A stretch of 64,000 bases of DNA from NCBI GenBank assembly GCA_004431415.1, contig QPMI01000432.1, positions 62,001 to 126,000 of the forward strand, given 5' to 3'. Under the pieces are notes generated by a model, which searched no databases, was not told the DNA's origin, and worked only from the letters and a program-made list of their open reading frames with translations. A program made the translations under genes and the position numbers. How positions within the stretch are numbered: the first letter of the stretch is position 1; every line of letters begins with the position of its first letter. Source of the stretch: Cyanophora paradoxa CCMP329 (Eukaryota; Plantae; Glaucophyta). Positions 1 through 12,014 of the stretch are shown in pieces.

Positions 1-2960
1 GCGGGGGCGGGGGCGGGGCGGGAGGGGGAGGGCCCGCCGAGGTTGAGGGCGGCGAGGCTGACGCCGAGCTGGGAGGCGTGGTCCTCGAGCTCGAGGCGGC
101 GGCCCATCGTCCAGTCCTCGACCCGCAGCTTCAGCGTCCGCAGGGCGTCCTGGAAGGCGCTGTAGAACTCGATCCCCTCCTTGTAGTTCCCGTGAATCTC
201 CCGGTACATCGCCACCGCCCTGTCCATCTCCGCCACCAGCGCCCCCCGCGCCTTCACTGCGCCCCCTCAATCGTGAGCGCGCGATCCTTCGAGGGCGCCG
301 GGCGGGGCGCGGGCGGAGGCACCGAAGTCGGGGGCGGCGCCCTGGAAGCGGGACCAGGCGCTGTCGATGGCGTCGAGGGCGCGCCGCTGCCGCCCGTAGT
401 TCTCCTCGAAGCGGCCCCGCAGCGCGTCCAGCGGCCTGAGCGCCGCCTCCACCTGCGGCGACTCGGGGGCCACGCGCGCCGCGTTCTGCAGCGGCCCGGT
501 GAGCGCGCGCGGCGCTGGAGGGCGGGCGGGGGCGCACGGCGGCGATGCGGAGCTCCTGGATGAGGGCCTCGCGGGCGGCGAGGACGGCGTCGACCTCGCG
601 GCAGAGCTCGAGCAGGGCCGGCGCCTCGCTCCCGACCGTGCTCCCCGCCTGCAGCTGCAGCTGCGGCGTCATCCTCCGCAGCTCCGCCTGCGCCGAGGTC
701 AGGGCGGAGGGGCCCGGCGCGGGCGGGCGGGCGGGCGGGGGGGCGCACGTCGGAGCGGGTGAGCTTCTCGAGGAGGTCGCGGTGCGCCTCGAGCTTCTGC
801 TGGACGACGGCGTCGCTGGTCTTGGCGCGCTGCAGGTTCACGCGGTGCTTGGAGAGCTCCTCCCAGTAGACCTTGGCGAGGGGCCGCGACTGGGGCCGCG
901 ACCAGCGCGTGCCGGCCTGCCGCCGCGCCGCCCCGTCCGCCGCCTCCTCGTCCTCGAGGGCCTTCTCGATGCCGGCGAACATCGCCTCGTCCTCGCGGCA
1001 GAGCTGGGCGTTCATCGTCTGGAGGTCCAGCAGCTGCAGGTGCGGGTCCTTGCCGGCGTTCGAGCGGATGTCCACGATCGCCGCGTGCAGCGAGTCCGGC
1101 AGCACCGACGCCTCCGGGTCGAAGGGCGAGAGGCTCGAGGGCAGGCCCTTCTCCTCCAGCTTCCTGCGCCGCGGTGCGTCGTCAGGCTCGGGCGCGCGTA
1201 GGGGACACCGATCGATGCGGGCGGGCCCCGCACTTCTTGGCGAGGGTCGTCTGCCGGTCGGCCTCCGCAGTGACCTCGCCCACGAGCCGCTGCACCGCGC
1301 CCTACCCAGGCGTCAGCTTGCCCCGCTCGTTCGCTTTGGGAGGGGAGGTCGCTTCGCTCGGACCTGGAGCTCGCCCTGGGCCTTCTGGACGTGGACGGGC
1401 ACGAGGCGGACCCAGGGGTCGGAGCCCGCGGCGGCCCCGCCGGCGCCGGCGCAGCCTGCCTCCTCGGGCCCCGCCGCCCGGACCATCGGCTTGCGCTCGA
1501 TGGGCGCGAGCTGGGCGGCCTGCGGCACTGGCTCCACGTAGATCGTGTTGTTCTCCCGAGTGGCCGTCTCGAGGGCCCGCGCGATGATCGCGGCGAGCCG
1601 GGAGAGCTCGTCCTGCGCCGCCGCCGAGGCGCCCTTGGAGGCCAGCTTGATGCCCTCCTTGACGAAGTTGGTGGCCTGCTGGAGCCGCGCGACGCCCTCG
1701 CCGAAGCGCTGCGCCTCCTGGCAGGCCAGCGCCTGCCGGTACTGCGCGTCCGCCGCCCACCGCAGCGACTGCACCTGCGCCAGCAGCGGCAGCGGGCTCT
1801 GCGCGCCTCGTCAGACGAGAGGATGGAGAGCGCGGCGGGCGGCCGGCGGGCCTTCTCGAAGCTGGAGGCGAGGGAGGGCAGTGCGAAGGCCATCTGGGCC
1901 TCCTGGAAGTACGTATGCGCTTGCGCGCTCAGCTTCGCGATGATGCTGCCGGGCGGTCAGCGCGGAGGAAAGCGGCGGGGAGGTATCTATGCCACGCACC
2001 CGGCCTTCATTCCGTCGCGCGCAGCCTGCCGCGGGGCGTGAGTGAGGGGCGGAGGACTCGGAAAGGCTGCGCGGCGTGGGACGGGGCGGGGCGCACGCGG
2101 TCACAGAAGCAGGCCTGAGCCTGGGCGAGCATAAGGGCGACGAGGGCGGCCAGGCACTCGGAGGAGAGGTCGGGCGTCGGGGGCGCCAGCAGCTGCGGGA
2201 CGACAGCGTCCCGCAGGAACTGGAACGCTCCCGCCGCGCTCTGGAAAGCCGAGCAGGCGATCTTGAGGCCGTCCGGGGAGCCGCCCAGCGCGAGGGAGGC
2301 CCCCATCTGGCTGTGGATCGCCGCCAGGTTGAAGGTCGCCGCCGCGCGCTCCAGGTGCAGCGAGTACGACGCTGCGCGCCGCCGTCGGACGGAGAACGAG
2401 AGCGGGATCGAGCGGCCGGGGGCAGCGCACAGCTCCGCTTCTTGGTGTTGAAGGCGTCGTACCAGACGAACTCCGTCTTGATCTGGGGTGACGACGCCAC
2501 ATCGAGCATCGGAAAGTGCTGGCCCGCGAAGTCGACCTGGGCCAGGTACCTGCGCGCACGTCGGATCAAATGTCGGGACCTCCAAAGCGGGCGGGCGGCG
2601 GGCGGCGTACGCTTTGAGCAGGTCCCGCGACACTTCGTCCGCCTGGCCAATGGCACGCACGGCGTCGCTCGCCTGTTGCAGATCTCTCAGAGCATTCTGT
2701 GAGCTCGCCGCCAGGTCTTTCGGGTAATTCGCTTCGATGAAGCGGCCGAGGAACTTGGCGTATTCAATCTTGTCTGCTGCTTTCTTCGTTGGAATCGCTG
2801 CGCGGCGGCGGGGTTAGGCACGGCCCATACGTACATGGGCCGCTAGGGGCAGCAGCTTTAGGTGCGCGTTTCGAATGTGCGCGGGACGTGCGGTCGAGGG
2901 AGTCCGGCGCGTGGACTGGGCTTGCTGTATTCGAGGCGGAGACGCACTGATGTGAGACAT
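1..2960 (-). CDS. BRO1/ALIX-family ESCRT-associated protein (BRO1 + V domain), multi-exon, 3' end runs off the window
   Basis: Spliced N-terminus MSHI|TIPTKKAADK. BRO1 motifs FVWYDAF, LHLERAAATFNLAA, FQSAAGAF, LMLAQAQACF and RENNTIYVEPVP. V-domain-like YREIHGNYKEGIEFY near 150-210. Confidence 0.88.
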
Positions 2961-3190
2961 TTTCTTGTGACTGAGCGCACTCGAGCGCGGCGTAGGCGCG
3001 CTGAGATGCTCGATGCGGCTGACGAAGCTGACAGGAGTGCTGGGCGCTTCTCGAGGGCTGCTGAAGCCGCGCTAGCGTTCGACGCTTCTGCACTGTCCCA
3101 GGTGCGAAAATGCCGAGCAACGCCTGCCGAACAACACGTGTGCTTCGCCGCCTGACTTAGGGGGGATGAAACCGGCGGCAAGGGTACAGG

Positions 3191-4499
3191 ATGTCTGCAT
3201 CGTTCGTCGCGGCTGCCCCCGCCAGCCTCCGTGTTGCTCGGCAGCTTCCTTTCGCCGGCAGCATCTGCACTGCCTCTTCGTCCCGCCGCCCCGCCGCCGC
3301 CGCCACCACCAAGCTCGCCTCGTCGAGGCAGTTCTTCGGCGCCAGCACCACCTTCCGCGCGGCCGTCGACGTCCGTAGCTTTACCGCCACCGCCGTTCGC
3401 ACCATGACCACGAAGGCCGAGAAGCAGGTGCCATCTTTCGCCTGCCGCCCGTGCCCGCCATGCGTTTCGAGCCGCGAGCAGGTGCTTGTTCCGATCACCG
3501 ACGGCAGCGAGGAGATCGAGGTGCGCGCCGTCAGCGGCCCACTGGGTCACGCGGCGGCAGCGACGCGGACGCGGCTCCGCTGTCCCGTTTCGCGCTTCAG
3601 CGTCTTGACGTGGGCGCTCGCAGTCTTGCAGCATCATTAACATCCTCGTTCGCGCCGGGATCAAGGCGAGCCGCCCCGCGCTCTCGCTGTGATTGCGCCG
3701 TGACGTTGGCCGTGCAGGTCACCGTCGCGAAGGTTCGCCGCGGCAGCGCAGAGCTTCGCGGAGGCTCCCGCGTGCTTCCCGGCCGCGCTGGGCCTCGATT
3801 CTGATGTCCTCGGCCCGCAGGTTCCTCCCAAGGGCGCCACCAGCAGCGACAGCCTTCAGGCGCGTGGCGCGGCGCGGCGCATCGAGCGAGCCTGGGGCCG
3901 GCCGCCGCTGACGCGCCGCGCGTGCAGATCCTGGGATCGCGCGGGATCAAGATCGTGGCGGACAAGCACCTCTCGGAGGTGGCCGGCGAGCACTTCGACC
4001 TGATCGCGCTCCCCGGCGGCATGCCGGGCGCCGAGCACCTGCGTGACAGCTCCCTCCTCAAGGAGCTCCTCGCGAAGCAGAAGGACGCGGGCAAGCCCAT
4101 CGCCGCCATCTGCGCGTCCCCCGCCGTCGTCTTCGCCTCCCACCAGTTCGTCAACTCCAAGAAGGTCACGGGGTACCCCGCCGACAAGTCCGCCCGCCCC
4201 CCCCCCCCTTCCCCCCTCCTCCCCCCCCTCCCCCTTCCCCCCCCCCCCCCCTCCCCCAACCCCCTTCTCCTGCCCCTACCCCGCCACCGCTCAAGCTCGC
4301 GGGCGGCAGGTTCAAGGAGGCGCTGGCGGGGGCGGGCGGCTCCTACCAGACCGAGGGCGTCGTGGTGGACGGCAACGTGATCACGTCGCAGGGCCCCGGG
4401 ACGGCCATCCCCTTCGCCCTCCGCCTCATCGAGGTCCTCGCCGGCGCCGACAAGTCCCGCGAGATTGCCAAGCAGCTCCTCGTCGACCCCGTCTGCTAA
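3191..4499 (+). CDS. DJ-1/PfpI (ThiJ) family protein with putative plastid transit peptide
   Basis: Exons give VLVPITDGSEEIE, ILGSRGIKIVAD, DLIALPGGMPGAEHL, AAICASP (catalytic Cys) and VITSQGPGT. The ~75-aa Ser/Ala/Arg-rich N-terminus starts MSASF. Seven exons, two GC-AG introns. Confidence 0.92.
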
Positions 4500-4568
4500 T
4501 CCATGAAACGAGCTCCTGAGCTCCTGTCTTCTAGATCTGTTTCTAGCTTGATCTGAACACGGAACTAG

Positions 4569-6839
4569 CTAGCTGCGCCCGGAGCTGTCGCTGTGGTGGC
4601 TGGCGCCGTGCGGGCGGGGCCGCGGGGCGGGGCGGGGACCCTGCGGGCAGACGTAGGCGCTGCGGAGCTCCCGAAGGGCGCGGCGGGCCTCACGGGCGAC
4701 CGCCCCGAGGGCCCCGGGGCCCTCCCCGCCCGCCCCGCCCCCGCCCGGTCGCTCCTCGCGGGACCGGAGCTCCCTCAGCTCCTCCAGCAGACCCTCCTTC
4801 TCCGCCCGCAGCGACGCGATCTGCGAACGTACCCCGGTATAAGCAAATGGGGGTAAGTAGGTTGGGGGTACAGATAGCGCACCTCGCCGCGGAAGGAGGA
4901 GACGAGCGCAAAGACGGCAGCGGCGCTCTGCAGGCCGCTCGCGCTCGTCGCGGCCCCCGAGCGGGGCGTACCCTCCTCCCCATTCTCGTCCATGTACCCG
5001 TCCACGGCGCCCTCGTCCTCCTCCTCCTCGCCCTCCGAGCGCGGGTCGGAGGGAGGCGGAGACGGCGGCGGCGAGGAGTAGTCCGGTGTCTCCCCCATCA
5101 TTCTGCGCCCGGCCCACCCCGCCGCATCAGACAGACGTGGAGCAGAAGGGGCCGCCCGAGGAGCGGGGCGCGCCGAAGGAGGGACCGGTGGTGCCGGGCC
5201 TCCTCCTCGTGCGGGGCGGCGGTCGCCGCCGCCCCGCCCCGCAGCTCCGCGAGGGCGCCCCGCAGCAGCTCCGCCTTCGTTCGCAGCCGCTCGTACGCCG
5301 CCTCCACGTACGCGCTCCGCGCCCTGCCGCCGTACCCCCCTCAGCTCCACGATGGAGGGGTACAACGAAATCCATTCTGCGCACGCGGCGGCCTCGAGGC
5401 GGGCGCGGAGGAGTGCGACCTCCGCCTGGGCCGCGCCCCCGTCCTCGGCGGGGGCGCCCTCCGTCTGCGTCCCCGCCTCCCGCGCGCCATCGCACTCGCC
5501 CTCGGCCTCGGCCTCGCCCTCCTCCGGCCCCGCCGCGGGCCCCCGCGCCGCGCACGTCCCCTCGCCGGGCTCCGGGTCCGCCCCCTCGCTCGCCCCGCCG
5601 TCCTCGTCCACGGGGCTCAGCCGCCCGCGCTCCCCCCGCCCCCCGGCGCCATCCTTCTCCTCCCCTCCCGTCCCGCCCGCGGCGCCACTGCCCCCTGCGC
5701 CACGCGGCCGGCGCTTAGCAAAGGCTCCTACGGCGCGAGGCGGGGCGAGGCACCGGAGCGCGGGGGCGAGAACCACGCGAGCCGCGCCTCCGCCTCCTCC
5801 GCCCGCCGCTGCGGACGGGCCTCGCTGGCGGATGGAAGGGACTCCCGTTGGCCCCGCGCGCGCCCACCTGCAAGCGGAAGAGTTCTTCTCGCGCCCGCTG
5901 CTCCCTCTCCGCCCGCTCGCGATCCGCCGCGCCCCTCGAGCTCCGCCTCTGCCCGTCCTCGTCTTCCCCCGCGTCGCCGCTGTCGCTCGCGGCTCCCTGT
6001 TTCGGCCTCCGCCTCTCCCTCTCGTGCGTCCGCTGCCCTGTCTTCCGCTTCGGGCCGCTCCCGGCCCCCGAGCCCTGCACCGAGAGTCGTGCCACGAATT
6101 CCAGCACCTCGGGTGGCAGCGGCAGCTCTCGGCTGCTGCCGTGGTCAGTCGGCCGCGTCGAGCGTGGCCGGATGTGCAGAGCCGGCTCCGCACCTCGGTA
6201 GCTTCGGCCGCGCTCCGGACAAGCGCGGTGCCTCACTCGCGCTGCTCTCCGCCTCCCCCTCGGTTGTTTGAACGTCGCTCCCAGTGTAGAGAGGCCCACC
6301 GCGGGCCCGGGCGCCCCGGCGCCCGGCGGACGGGGCCCGCGGCGCGAGCGCCTGCGCCGGAGAGACGACGCGCAGCACGGCCTCGGACACCAGCTCCACC
6401 AGGCGGCGCATCTCGACGTCCCCGCCCCGCGGCCGCTGCGGCGGCGTCTTGTGCGACGCCGGCGGGACCTCTGGTAGCACATTGTGTATGGCCTCGTCCT
6501 CGTCACTCTGCCGGCCGCGAGCGCGGTCTGCACCGGCGTCGATCGGCAGAGGAGCGCGCGTACCGAGGCGCCGAAGAGCGGGTGCCGTGCAGGAGATTCC
6601 TTCTTCAAGCTCCTCCTCGATCCTTCTCCCTCGTCCGATGACGAGCTTAGCTGCGCGTCGGGCGCGCTGCGGGCACCTGCGATCTGGTTCAAACGCCGCG
6701 AGGCCCGGCGCTTTACACTGGAGCGCATACCTTCCGGCGGCGTACAGAGAGAGCAGGGCAACATGTGATACCTGTTCGCGCTGCAGCTGCTCGCCGGCGA
6801 GCCCGTCGCTCGGCCGAGCGTCGCCGGCGGCATACGCAT
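4569..6839 (-). CDS. Hypothetical protein with acidic low-complexity and coiled-coil segments (start uncertain)
   Basis: Coding-like exons EAAYERLRTKAELLRGALAEL and IASLRAEKEGLLEELRELRS. No family recognised. Confidence 0.45.
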
Positions 6840-7084
6840 CGCTCTGTGAGCCTCTACGTGGGCAAGCGCCGCTCGACAGCAAAGCCCAGGCGCCGGTACC
6901 GGTAGCTAGAGCCGAAGGCGGCAGCGTTCGAAGCTTGTTGGTCCGCGTACCCCAAAAAGACACCACGGCTTCATCCCTCTCAGCAAACTCGCAGCATCGG
7001 ATAATACAGTAGAAACTTAGCTATAGCTACGCCGCTTGCAGCCTAGCCAAGAGTCAGGAGCCCGATGCGATAGCAGGAGCTGCG

Positions 7085-7950
7085 ATGGCGGATGTCAAAC
7101 TGGAGCGAAAAGGACGGCCGCCGGTCCCGGAGCGCAATATACATCGCATAAAAGGTAAGGAGACTGTGCTGCAGCCTCGAAGGCGCTTGTGTCTCGCTGG
7201 CAGTGACGCCGTGGCGAACCGCAGTCATCTCCATGGGGGAGGCAGGTGTCGGCAAGTCGTGCCTAATCAAGCGCTTCTGTGAGGAGAAGGTCGGCTCTTT
7301 CACACCGCCCGCGGCGCGCCCCGCTGAGGCGCCGCAGTTCGTGTCGAAGTACATCAGCACAATCGGCGTGGACTACGGCGTGAAGAGCGTCGCCGCGGGC
7401 GGGAGAGACGTGCGCATCAACTTCTGGGACCTTGCCGGGCACCCGGAGTTCTTCGAAGTGCGGAACGAGTTCTACAAGGACTCCCAGGGAGTGAGCGAGC
7501 GCCCACCCCGCGCCCCTCCGCCGCCCCCGCCGGCGCCGAGCGCAGCGCAGGCGATTCTCGTGTTTGACGTGAGCAACAAGAAGAGCTTCGAGGAGCTCGA
7601 GGCATGGCTCAAGGAGGCGGCCAAGTTCGGGGCGAAGGACCTCGCGATTGCAGTCTGCGCGAACAAGGTCCGCCCCTGCGGCCCGCGCCCCGTTCTGGGT
7701 CACCCTGACTCAGACCCGTGGCAGACGGATCTGAAGAAGCGCGTGGTGGACGAGAAAGCGGCGTACGCGTGGGCAGCGTCCAAGGGCTTCTTGTGCGGGC
7801 CATCATCCCCCCGGCCCCTCCCCGCGCCGCTACCCCGGCCTTACTGACTCGTACCCCGGCAGCTACTTCGAGACGTCGGCGAGCACGGGCGAGAACGTGA
7901 CCGAGATGTTCATGGCGGTCTTCAAGGCCGTCCTCGAAAGGCACGGCTGA
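7085..7950 (+). CDS. RJL: RJL-family (Rjl/RabJ, DNAJC27-like without J domain) small GTPase
   Basis: GEAGVGKS, YISTIGVDYGVK, FWDLAGHPEFFEVRNEFY (His in place of catalytic Gln), ANK|TD, YFETSA. No C-terminal prenylation Cys. Six exons. Confidence 0.88.
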
Positions 7951-8069
7951 CTTATTCGAGCTTTACGTTTCTGTCTCGGTAGGGAATAGCCCTCGATGAG
8001 CAAGGTTAGCAGAAGCTAGGTAGCACTAGTTAGCTTAGAGCAAGTCTGTCTCTCCTTTCAAAGAACAAG

Positions 8070-9338
8070 CTACTCGTCATCCTCTTCGGCGCCGTGGTCG
8101 CGGGGCGCGGGGCGGGCGAGGAGGTAGATGCAGGGCCCGACGATGGGGAAGAGGGCGGACGTGGCGAGAAGGCTCTTGTCCTCGGCGCGCTTGAGCCACC
8201 CGCGCCGCCGCATGTCCGCCGCCTGCACGAACGGCAGCAGCGCCGACAGCGTGAAGAAGTCCAGCGTCATCTGGGGTACAGCGCCAACGTCGGCGGGGGG
8301 AGGGCCGCGGGCAAGGACGGGGCGGCCGCCGGGGCCGCGGGGGCCGCGCGCACGGTGTGGACGAAGGGGTCGGTGGCGAAGAGGCGGCGGAAGTCCTGGA
8401 ACCAGAAGTCGGACCAGCCGTCCCGGGGCAGGCACGCGTACACCCCCAGGCCGATGGCGCTCGCCAGCAGCACCGCCGCCGTCGCCTTGCTCTCGAAGAC
8501 ACCGGCCCACTTCCCCCGGCTCTCCTCAGGCTCCGTCGTCCCCGCCGTCCCCTGACCCGCCCGGATCGCCAGGAACGGTAGCAGCGCAAAGGCACCTGCG
8601 CGAAGTGGCGCAGTCAAGGGCGCGCATGGCTCTGCCGGCCCCGCGGCCGCGGCGCCGCACCGAAGAAGAAGCTGGCGAGGAGGCAGGGCCACTTCTTGAT
8701 CTTCCCGTCCTTCTCGCTGCTCAGAAGCGCGGCGTAGACGGCCGGCCAGACGCCCATGAGTTGAAACTCCGCCAGGAGCACGGGGTTCACCCTGCCCCAC
8801 GCCAGCGGGTTCACGCAGTCCGCGACCAAGGACGCCGTGTAGCCGGCCGTGTCCGGCGGCGCCGTCGCCGCGGCGACGCCGAAGAACGCGATCCAGGCCG
8901 CCGCATACAGGCCGCTCTGAACGTTGAACTGCGCGCGCTCGGCCGAATGAGTGCGCGCGTGCCCTTGCAGCTCGACTTGCGCCCCCGGCCGATCGCGGCT
9001 AGCGGGTTCGATAGCATACTGCCCGCGCGCCTTCGCGCCTTCGCCGATAGCTAACGACGGCGCACCTTGAACGCGCCCTCGTTGCCGTCGGCCGGCGCCG
9101 ACTCGGCGCTCACCGAGAACGTTCGGACGCAAGCGCCTGTACCGAAGCGCTTGCTGATGCTGAGCTTGCACCCATGGAAGGCACTGGCGTGCTCCCAATG
9201 CGACCGAGTGCCTGCTCGCTGGAGGGTGGTTGAACGTTGTGGAGAGGATGGTGCCGCGCGGCACGCGTCCGCCTGCGTCTGGAAGTGCCCTGAGACTGCC
9301 CGGGAGGGCCTGCAGACGACGGCCGAGCTGCTGAACAT
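8070..9338 (-). CDS. DUF2834-like plastid membrane protein of cyanobacterial type, with transit peptide
   Basis: FQLMGVWPAVYAALL, WP..LASFFF|GAFALLPFLAIR, FVHT|MTLDF, DMRRRG and PIVGPCIYLLARP. N-terminus MFSSSAVV is Ser/Arg-rich. Confidence 0.72.
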
Positions 9339-9399
9339 TTTCGGACCTGTACCCGCCCTCGGTCGGACCCCCCCATCGAACCCAGCGGCTTGCCACAGA

Positions 9400-11897
9400 A
9401 TGGCGCGCCCCCGTGCTCTCGCCGGCTCGTTCAGGAGATGCTGACGATTCGTGCAGGTGGTGCTGAGCGCGGCGGTGTGCACGAAGGCCGGGAAGGGTTC
9501 GTGCTTCGAGCGCGTCCGGGGGCAGTCGGACAGACGCGCTGACGCGAGCTGTTCGAAATATACAGCTCTTCTGTCCCGCCAGTTCGTCGAAGTGACCCGA
9601 ATCCGGATCGAGGGGCTGCTTGCGGCGTTCCCAAAGCTTATCGGTTCCGGTGAGCTGTGTCCCCGGAAGCGGTTGACCGTCCAATGACACGGGTTTCTTG
9701 CCGCGGGCAGGGCCGGGCGATGGCGGATGTAAGCCCGACCTCGTCTGCCCGAGTGTCGTGTGTGGGCCCTCGGCTGACACGCCCCGTGCCGCAGCTACGA
9801 AGCAGCACACATATGTAGAGACGGAGAATGTCCGCTATGTATATCAACCGCTGGAGGGACTGTACATTCTTATGATCACAACAAAGAACAGCAACATCAT
9901 GGAAGACCTTGAGACGCTGCGATTGCTCGCCAAAGTGGTGCGCGTCCGCCCTGGTCGGCAAGCTCGCGCGCATGGCCCCTTGACCGGCCCGCCCAGGTCC
10001 CCGAGTATGCGCAGAGCTTGGAGGAGACCAACGTCGTGGACCACGCTTTCGAAATCATATTCGCCTTCGACGAGATTATTTCGCTAGGATACAGGGAGAA
10101 CATCACGCTCCAGGGCATCAAGACCAACCTGGAGATGGAGTCGCATGAGGAGAAGCTGCACAACATGATCCGACAGGTGCGGCGCGGTCGCCAGAGACAA
10201 GCTTCGCCCGCGTTCCTCACTCCTTTGTTCCTTTGCGCAGAGCAAGATGAACGACGCGAAGGAGGAAATGAAGCGCAAGGTCGAGGGCATCGAGAAGCAG
10301 AAGGCGGCAGACCTGAAGATGGCCAAGTCGGTGCGGGCCGGGCCGGGCCTCCGCTTACCGGCGCGCTCGCCCGAGCCGACGGGAGGCGCCACAGATCCAG
10401 GGCGCGATGGGCCCGGGAGGGAGCGCGGGAGGCTGGACCAGCAGCCAAAGCCTACGGCGGGAGCAGGACGAGCTGGCCGCGCGAGCGCCGCGCTACGGCG
10501 CCCCACCTACCGAAGAGCGGTGAGCCCGTCCCGCGCGACCCGAGCCTCCACAGCCTCGCCCGCTGAGCGCTCTTTCGCGGGCAGACCCACGGCACCCTCG
10601 CCAGCGGCAGCACGGCCGGCCGGGAAGGGCATGCAGCTGGGGAGCAAGGCGGGCGGCGGCCGGACGAACGACTTGCTCGCAGCGCTCAAGGCAGAGGGCG
10701 AGATCGTGGAGGAGGCGGTGCGGCTCTACCCCTCTTTCCTTTTAGCCGCGCCCCGCTGCGGCCCCTGACGCCGTCGGCAGCCGCCAGTGGTGATGAACAA
10801 GGTTGCAAACAAGGTGGAGACGCCTACGGACCCGTGCGTGGAGCGGGGCGGGCCGGGGCGGGTGGGGTTGCGAGCGAACGAGCGGGGCGCGGGGCGCAGG
10901 GTGGTGCTGGTGGTGGACGAGAAGCTGGTGGTGCAGATGGACCGGGACGGCGGCCTGCAGAACATGGAGGTCAAGGGCGACCTCTCGCTGCGCGTCGCCG
11001 ACCCCGACGCCGCCTGCCTCAAGGCACGCCCGCGTCCCCCGCCCGCAGCCCCGCGGCCGCCCCCCCGCCCGCTCCGCTGACGCCGGCGCCCGCGCAGCTG
11101 CTGGTGAAGCAGGGGGCGAACAAGGGGTACCAGTTCAAGGCGCACCCGAACGTGGACAAGAACGCGCTGAGCAACGACAACGCGCTGATGCTGAAGGACC
11201 CGAGCCGGCCCTTCCCCACGGGCTCCCCGCTGGGCATCCTCAAGTGGCGCTACCAGACCAAGGACGAGAAGCAGGTCCCGCTCACGAGTGCGCACGCGGC
11301 CCCGCCCCCGCCCCCGCCCCTTCCTTTTCCCCTCCTCTTAGCCGTGTGCGCGCGCAGTCAACTGCTGGCCGTCGACGACGGGCGGCCTGACGTACGTGAA
11401 CCTCGAGTACGAGCTCCTCGCGGACATCCCCCTCTCAGAAGTACAGATCGCCATCCCCATACCGTCCGCCCCGCCCCGCCCCACAGCGCGGTCTGCGCCC
11501 CGCTGCCTTCTTACTCGTCTCCGGCGCAGGTGCCCGGAGCCGCCGAAGGTGAGCCAGATGGAGCACGGGGAGTACAAGCTGGACGGGCGCTCGAAGCGGC
11601 TGATATGGCGCCTCGAGCTCCTCGACGAAAGCAACAAGACCGGCTCCATGGAGTTCGCCGTCCCCGGCACCATCGACGCCGGCGGCTTCTTCCCCGTCCT
11701 CATCTCCTTCGTCTCCCCGCGCACCTTCTGCGACTTCGACGTGCGCTCGTACCCCCCTCCCCTGAGATACCCGTGCCCCGTACCCCGCCTGATTGCCGGG
11801 GGTACAGGTCGTGGGGGCCCAGAGCACGCTGGACGGGCGCAACATCCGGTACTCGAAGACGGTCAGCATGCAGACCGAAGAGTTCGTGATCGCTTAA
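9400..11897 (+). CDS. ARCN1: Coatomer subunit delta (delta-COP)
   Basis: M|[13 protein letters not shown]|[63 protein letters not shown]. Mu-homology domain with [10 protein letters not shown] and INCWPS. First coding exon is ATG alone, followed by a GC-AG intron. Confidence 0.95.
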
Positions 11898-12014
11898 GTA
11901 GCCCCACCCTGTCTCCGCTGTCCCTGTAATTCACCGCTTCGCATTTTCGCCCGTTCTGGGGCTCTGCCGGGACGGGGCTGCGGCTCCGCATGCATTCGAG
12001 ACACGGCCGCGCGC

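Noticed and set aside
4188-4309. Similar-looking C-rich introns as an introner family
   Set aside because: Similarity is limited to low-complexity CCCCG runs and splice signals. I saw no alignable internal sequence between introns.
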